NCBI GenBank assembly: GCA_001179505.1
Contig: CDMY01000447.1
Coordinates: forward strand, 315,066-379,065
Direction of reading: 5' to 3'
Origin: Vitrella brassicaformis CCMP3155
Lineage: Eukaryota > Protista > Chromerida
Length of the DNA: 64,000 bases
Under the pieces are notes generated by a model that was not told where the DNA came from, did no database searches, and saw only the letters and a program-made list of their open reading frames with translations. Shown piece after piece: positions 59,616-64,000 of the stretch (the stretch's first letter is position 1; each line of letters starts with the position of its first letter). The translations under genes and the position numbers were made by a program.

Positions 59616-61673
59616 ATGAGGAACTCAACCGCGTTACCAGCTAAGGTAAGTGAGGACGCACAGGAAGAGAAGAGGGGATCGATATGGGCAATTGAAGCCG
59701 CAGTGAGAGGCGGAGAGAGGCAGACAGACAGGGGCACATTGGTGGCCACAGAAGGGGGCCGGTGGGTCACGAGGGAAGCCAGACAGACAGACAGTCGACC
59801 GACAGACCATCGGTGCGGTGCTCATTATTCGCCCTGTTCCTGCCTGCCTGCCTGTCTGGTGTGCCTGTCTGTGTGAATGTTGCAGGAGCAGCGAGCTCTT
59901 CCAGTGTGTATCCACAGCCCCATCCCGCCCACAGAGTACCCCAGATTCGCCCTGTCAGTATTCACCACAATCGGTACGGACGCCTTTTGACGGATTATAT
60001 CATCAGTCACTTCCAGGCAGTTCTGCTCTCAGTTTCCCATCTGTGTGTGTGTCTGTGTGTTGGTTGGTGGTGCAGGTGGGAGGAAGTATCAGGAAGACCG
60101 CTTTACTATCTGCCCGAATCTTATCGAGGGAAGGTCAGGCAATGATATGACCGACTATCATGATTTGATTGATGCGATGCCCCTGTGTGTCATTCATTTC
60201 ATTCGCTGATTGGTTCCATCCATTCTGTGCACAGGGACAATAGTGCTTTCTTTGGTGTGTTTGACGGCACCGTGGGGGACTTCGCCTCCGAAAACGTCAA
60301 AGACCTTGTCATACCCCATTTGATCGCCTCACCCGCATGGTCTGTCAGCCAGCCAGCGCCCTCACCCCAATCAACCACCCCAAGCATACCATACTCCTCC
60401 TTCTGTCTGTCTGTGTCTGTCTGTCTGTCTGTCTGTCTGTGTGTGTGTGTGTGTGGGTGTGTGTGTTTCCAGGGCGTCATTGGAGCAGCGGTATCGGTCT
60501 TCATCGTCAGCCCACCAGGCCCACCACCCGCCGCTGAGTGACCACCAGCTGGGCGAGCTGCTGCAGCGGGCCATGCGCGACATGTACACACACGCCGACC
60601 GCGAGCTCATCACCATGTGTGCCACGCACCAGAAGCACTACGCCTCCACCACCTCTGTCACCGTACTCATCTTTGGTGGACTATGCTGCGTCGCCCACCT
60701 CGTCAGTCACACCTCTATCCATTGCACTCACTGCACACACCACGCACATGCCGTGCCGACGGGCTGGGCTGCATTCATTGCATTAATCAATGTGGTTTGT
60801 GTGTGCAGGGTGACAGTCGTGCGGCGATCGGTATAGAGAAGGGCAGCGGGTATCATGCGCAGTTCCTCACACACGACCACAAGCCCGACCAGCCAAACGA
60901 GAGGAAACGAATCGAGGTAGGTGCACGGCACGGCACGGCTCAGCATTGCTCTGCTCACTCTGTGTGTGTGATTTCTGATGTGATGTGATGTGTGTCCAAA
61001 TGATAGAGTTCTGGTGGTAGTGTCGAGTATCTCCACAACCACAACAACAAACCTTTCATCAGAGGTGAGTGGGTGAGTGACCCAATGGAATCAATGAGTG
61101 GGCAGGGCATTGCCTGCACTGCCTGAAGGCCTTGGATGGATGGATGGATGGATGTGTGTGTCTGTCCATGGAGTAGGTGGCGACTTTACGGTTCGGAAGC
61201 AGAAGGGCGAGCAGCCAATGCAGCTGCAGTACTCGCGGGCCTTCGGGGTACGCAACTGAACACACCACACCACACCACAATCAGGATTGAGACATGGATA
61301 CGTACGTCTCACGTGCCGCGCCCCTCCCATATATCCCTCAGGGCAAGGACTTGAAGAACTACGGCCTGAGTTCCGAGCCCGACATCTCGCTGTTCAAAAT
61401 GGAGAAGACTCACAAATTCATCATACTGGTTGGTATCCAAACCTGATGCATGCCACCCCCTCGGCCACACGCCCCCTGTGTCTGTCTGTCTGTCAGGCGT
61501 CGGATGGCCTGTGGGACGTGTTCACCGCCGAGCAGGCCGTGTCGACGGCTGCGTCGGCGGTTCGTCAGGGTCACAGTGCGGCTGAGGCGTTGGTCAACGC
61601 GGCTCTGAGCGAGCAGCAGTCGCGGCAGGCCAACGCCGACAACATCACAGCCATCGTCGTCTGCATGAAATGA
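59616..61673 (+). CDS. PP2C/PPM protein phosphatase, Toxoplasma TgPP2C-like
   Basis: GGRKYQEDRF, FFGVFDGTVGDFASENVKDLV, HLGDSR, DHKPD, GGSVEYLHNHNNKPFIRGGDF, QLQYSRAFGGKDLK, ASDGLWDV, ADNITA. These strings match my recollection of the T. gondii PP2C sequence. Confidence 0.95.
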
Positions 61674-63029
61674 AGACCATACCTCCCTGGATGACAACAT
61701 TAGATGATGTATAGGTACGTAGGGAGGGAGGGAGGGAGGGACGCACCGCACCGCACGCGACCCGACAAGCAAACATGCCTAACTCTCTCTCCTCTCTGTG
61801 TCTGTGTGTGTGTGTGTTGGTTGCAGGCAGCGTGTGTGTGTGCGTGCGTGTGTGTACGTTTGCTTCATCGTTCCACCTACATTGCTTGCTTGCTTGCTTG
61901 CTGGGTGCTCGTCTCGTTGCCTGCCTGTGGTCTGATTGGATGGATGTGTGTGTTTGTGTTTTCTTTTGGCTGGCCTGGCCTGGCTGGGTGTGTTTGGCAC
62001 AGCTTCCCTACCAGTTTAGCTGCCTGCCTGCCTGCAGTGATTGATATTATTATGATGTGAGTGAGTGCTGTATATGCCGGGCTCTCTGCCTGTCTGTCTG
62101 TCCGCCTGTCTGCCTGCCTGCCTGCCTGTGTCCATGCATCCCTCCCGCCTTCGCCCCTCCCTCCCTCCCACCCTCCCTCCCCCCTCCCATTGATGCGGCC
62201 AGCCACCACACACAAAGAGAAGGAAGCCCCCCTTCTCTGCCTGCCTCTCTCTCCCTATTAGCTGTAGAGTTGTTTCTCTCCCTGTCTGTCTGCCTGGCTG
62301 GCTGGCCGTGTGTGTGTAGATGGTGTAGAGAAGAGTACAACGTACGGGCGTACAGAGTGCACAGAGGGTCGGGCAGGGTGGCGTAGTAGATGCCAGCAAC
62401 AAGGCAAGCAAGAGACGTAGCTATCTGCCTGCCTGGCTGGCTGGCTGGCTGGCTGTGGCTGACTGGTTGCGGGGGCGTGGTGTGCATCGGATGGATGGAT
62501 GGATGGCTGTGGATGGCTGTGGGGGGGTGGATGTTTGTTTTCCTCAGTGCTTTTAACGTGACGTGGCCTGTCTGCCTGTCTGCCTGCCTTGCCTGCCTTG
62601 CCTGCCTTGTCTGCCTTGTCTGTCTGACTGCATAGCGTGCCGGCGTGGCCGTCCGTCCATACTCATTGATTGTGTACAGCTCGCTTAGCTTAGCTTGCCG
62701 ACACATACCACTCTCACACACATGCGTTGCGTTGCGTTGCGTTGCGTTCATCCCGTCATTGGCCCTTTATTCATTCAGCCATCCATCCGTCCGTCCACAC
62801 ACCGTACCTACCTACCTACCGCACACGACACGCGACCCACCGATTTGTATGATAATCATCATATCCTTATTGTAGAGCCCTAATTCAATCCATCCATGCC
62901 ATCTATCTATGGTAGCTGCCGTCTTCTAGTCGCATCTTTCTCTCTATCTTATCTTTAACTAAACAACATGCTGTCTGTGTAGCTAGCTACATGTGTGGTG
63001 CGTGTGGCGTGCGTGCACTGCATCAAGTC

Positions 63030-63128
63030 GGTACCATTACGGGTGTGGTGTGGCGGGAGAAGCGTGAGGTACCATTATAGGGGGGCTGGTATCACTACTG
63101 ATGGATGGATGGTTGGATGGTACCACTA
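63030..63128. repeat. Four dispersed copies of GGTAYCAYTA
   Basis: Copies at 63030, 63068, 63088 and 63119, in non-microsatellite sequence of the terminal intergenic region. Confidence 0.5.
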
Positions 63129-64000
63129 TTACCCGTACGCCGCATGTCGTGCGGTGCGGCCCACTATCTCACTCACTCTGACTGACTATCTCACTGTCTG
63201 TCTCACTATCTGGGTGCTTTCTTTCCTTGGTCGCCGCCGCTAGTGCTGCCGTTGGTCGATGAGTGGGTGGATCGGCCCATCGATGGATGGATGGATGGAT
63301 GCTATGACGTACCTTTGCATACCTACAACCACACGTCACATGGCGCTGAGGAGAGAGAGGGGGAGAGAAGGAAGGCAGACAGGCAGGCAGGCGGAGAAGA
63401 GGAGAAAGACACAGGATTTTCGATGGATGGATGGATGGACGAGGCGGAGGGATGGCTGGCGTGGCGTGGCGTGCAAGTTGCAAGCGTGGGTGCGGTGCCT
63501 GGCCTGCATGGCGTGGCCGCTTTCATGTGTGTAAGACTAGGCCTCAGCGAGTAGACATTAAAGAGAGAAGAGCTCTCTTGACAGACAGACAGACAGACAG
63601 ACAGACACAGAGATAGACAGACGGACCATGCAGCGAGCCAATGAATCGATTGATTGATGGCATTGAACTCGAAAAAAAAATCTCGCTTCAGCCAGGCCGC
63701 AAGAAAGCGCGTGAAAGCCAATACGGAAAAAGCTAAGAGAAGCTGTAAAACAGGTCGTGAAAGCGCCGAGCTTCTCACACCTCTGTAGACGATCATGCAT
63801 TTCATACACCGCACCGATGCCTCTCATGGGCTATCATACCCGTTATGGTGCCTCCATCTTTGACTAGCCTTCGTAGCCGGGTGCAGGCAGCCGCGCCAAG
63901 GCAGGGTAGGGTGAGATACGTGTGGGGTGCGCAAGCTGTCGATGCTATTCGTGCATCATTGGCGACTGACCCTGCTCACATTCATCTGCGCTCAGCACAT

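Noticed and set aside
61700-63000. Many 60-230-aa ORFs on both strands
   Set aside because: Translations of (GGCA)n, (GGAT)n and (GT)n microsatellites, with no codon bias or motifs.
63661-63785. A9 tract plus repeated CGTGAAAGC, considered as a Pol III RNA (U5/U6/7SL/RNase P) on the - strand
   Set aside because: Lacks U5 loop I, ACAGAGA, SRP or RNase P consensus. More likely promoter sequence for a gene beyond the window.
1-64000. Transposon, tRNA, rRNA or CRISPR features
   Set aside because: No transposase/RT motifs, TIR+TSD pairs, tRNA cloverleaf boxes, rRNA signatures or repeat-spacer arrays were found by eye.

Overview
Compact, intron-rich eukaryotic genomic DNA with high GC3. Introns are ~60-300 nt and filled with (GT)n/(CA)n, (GGAT)n and (CAGA)n microsatellites. 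Intron style, gene content and bipartite plastid leaders point to a chromerid alveolate, most likely Vitrella brassicaformis (inference). About 20 spliced genes were assembled by hand from the ORF track, mostly in head-to-head pairs. Recognisable genes: SNM1/Apollo-type nuclease, TruA, histidine acid phosphatase, EXO1, AP-1 sigma, a vacuolar-sorting-receptor-like PA protein, an F-box-like protein, PIG-C, RPS2, a NUMOD3 protein, mitochondrial DnaJ and a Toxoplasma-type PP2C. There are also two long coiled-coil proteins and a 300-N gap. Main leads: (1) a divergent, tail-anchored septin-like GTPase; (2) several long pre-miRNA-like fold-backs in intergenic DNA, the best at 1691-1803; (3) a spliced, apparently nuclease-dead His-Cys-box homing-endonuclease derivative; (4) three SHIP-box-like motifs in EXO1; (5) a zinc-ribbon/PIG-C fusion; (6) frameshifts in two genes. 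No tRNA, rRNA, CRISPR array or transposase was seen. Family assignments are from remembered motifs, with no database search. Gene coordinates span first to last codon including introns, and some 5' ends are uncertain.
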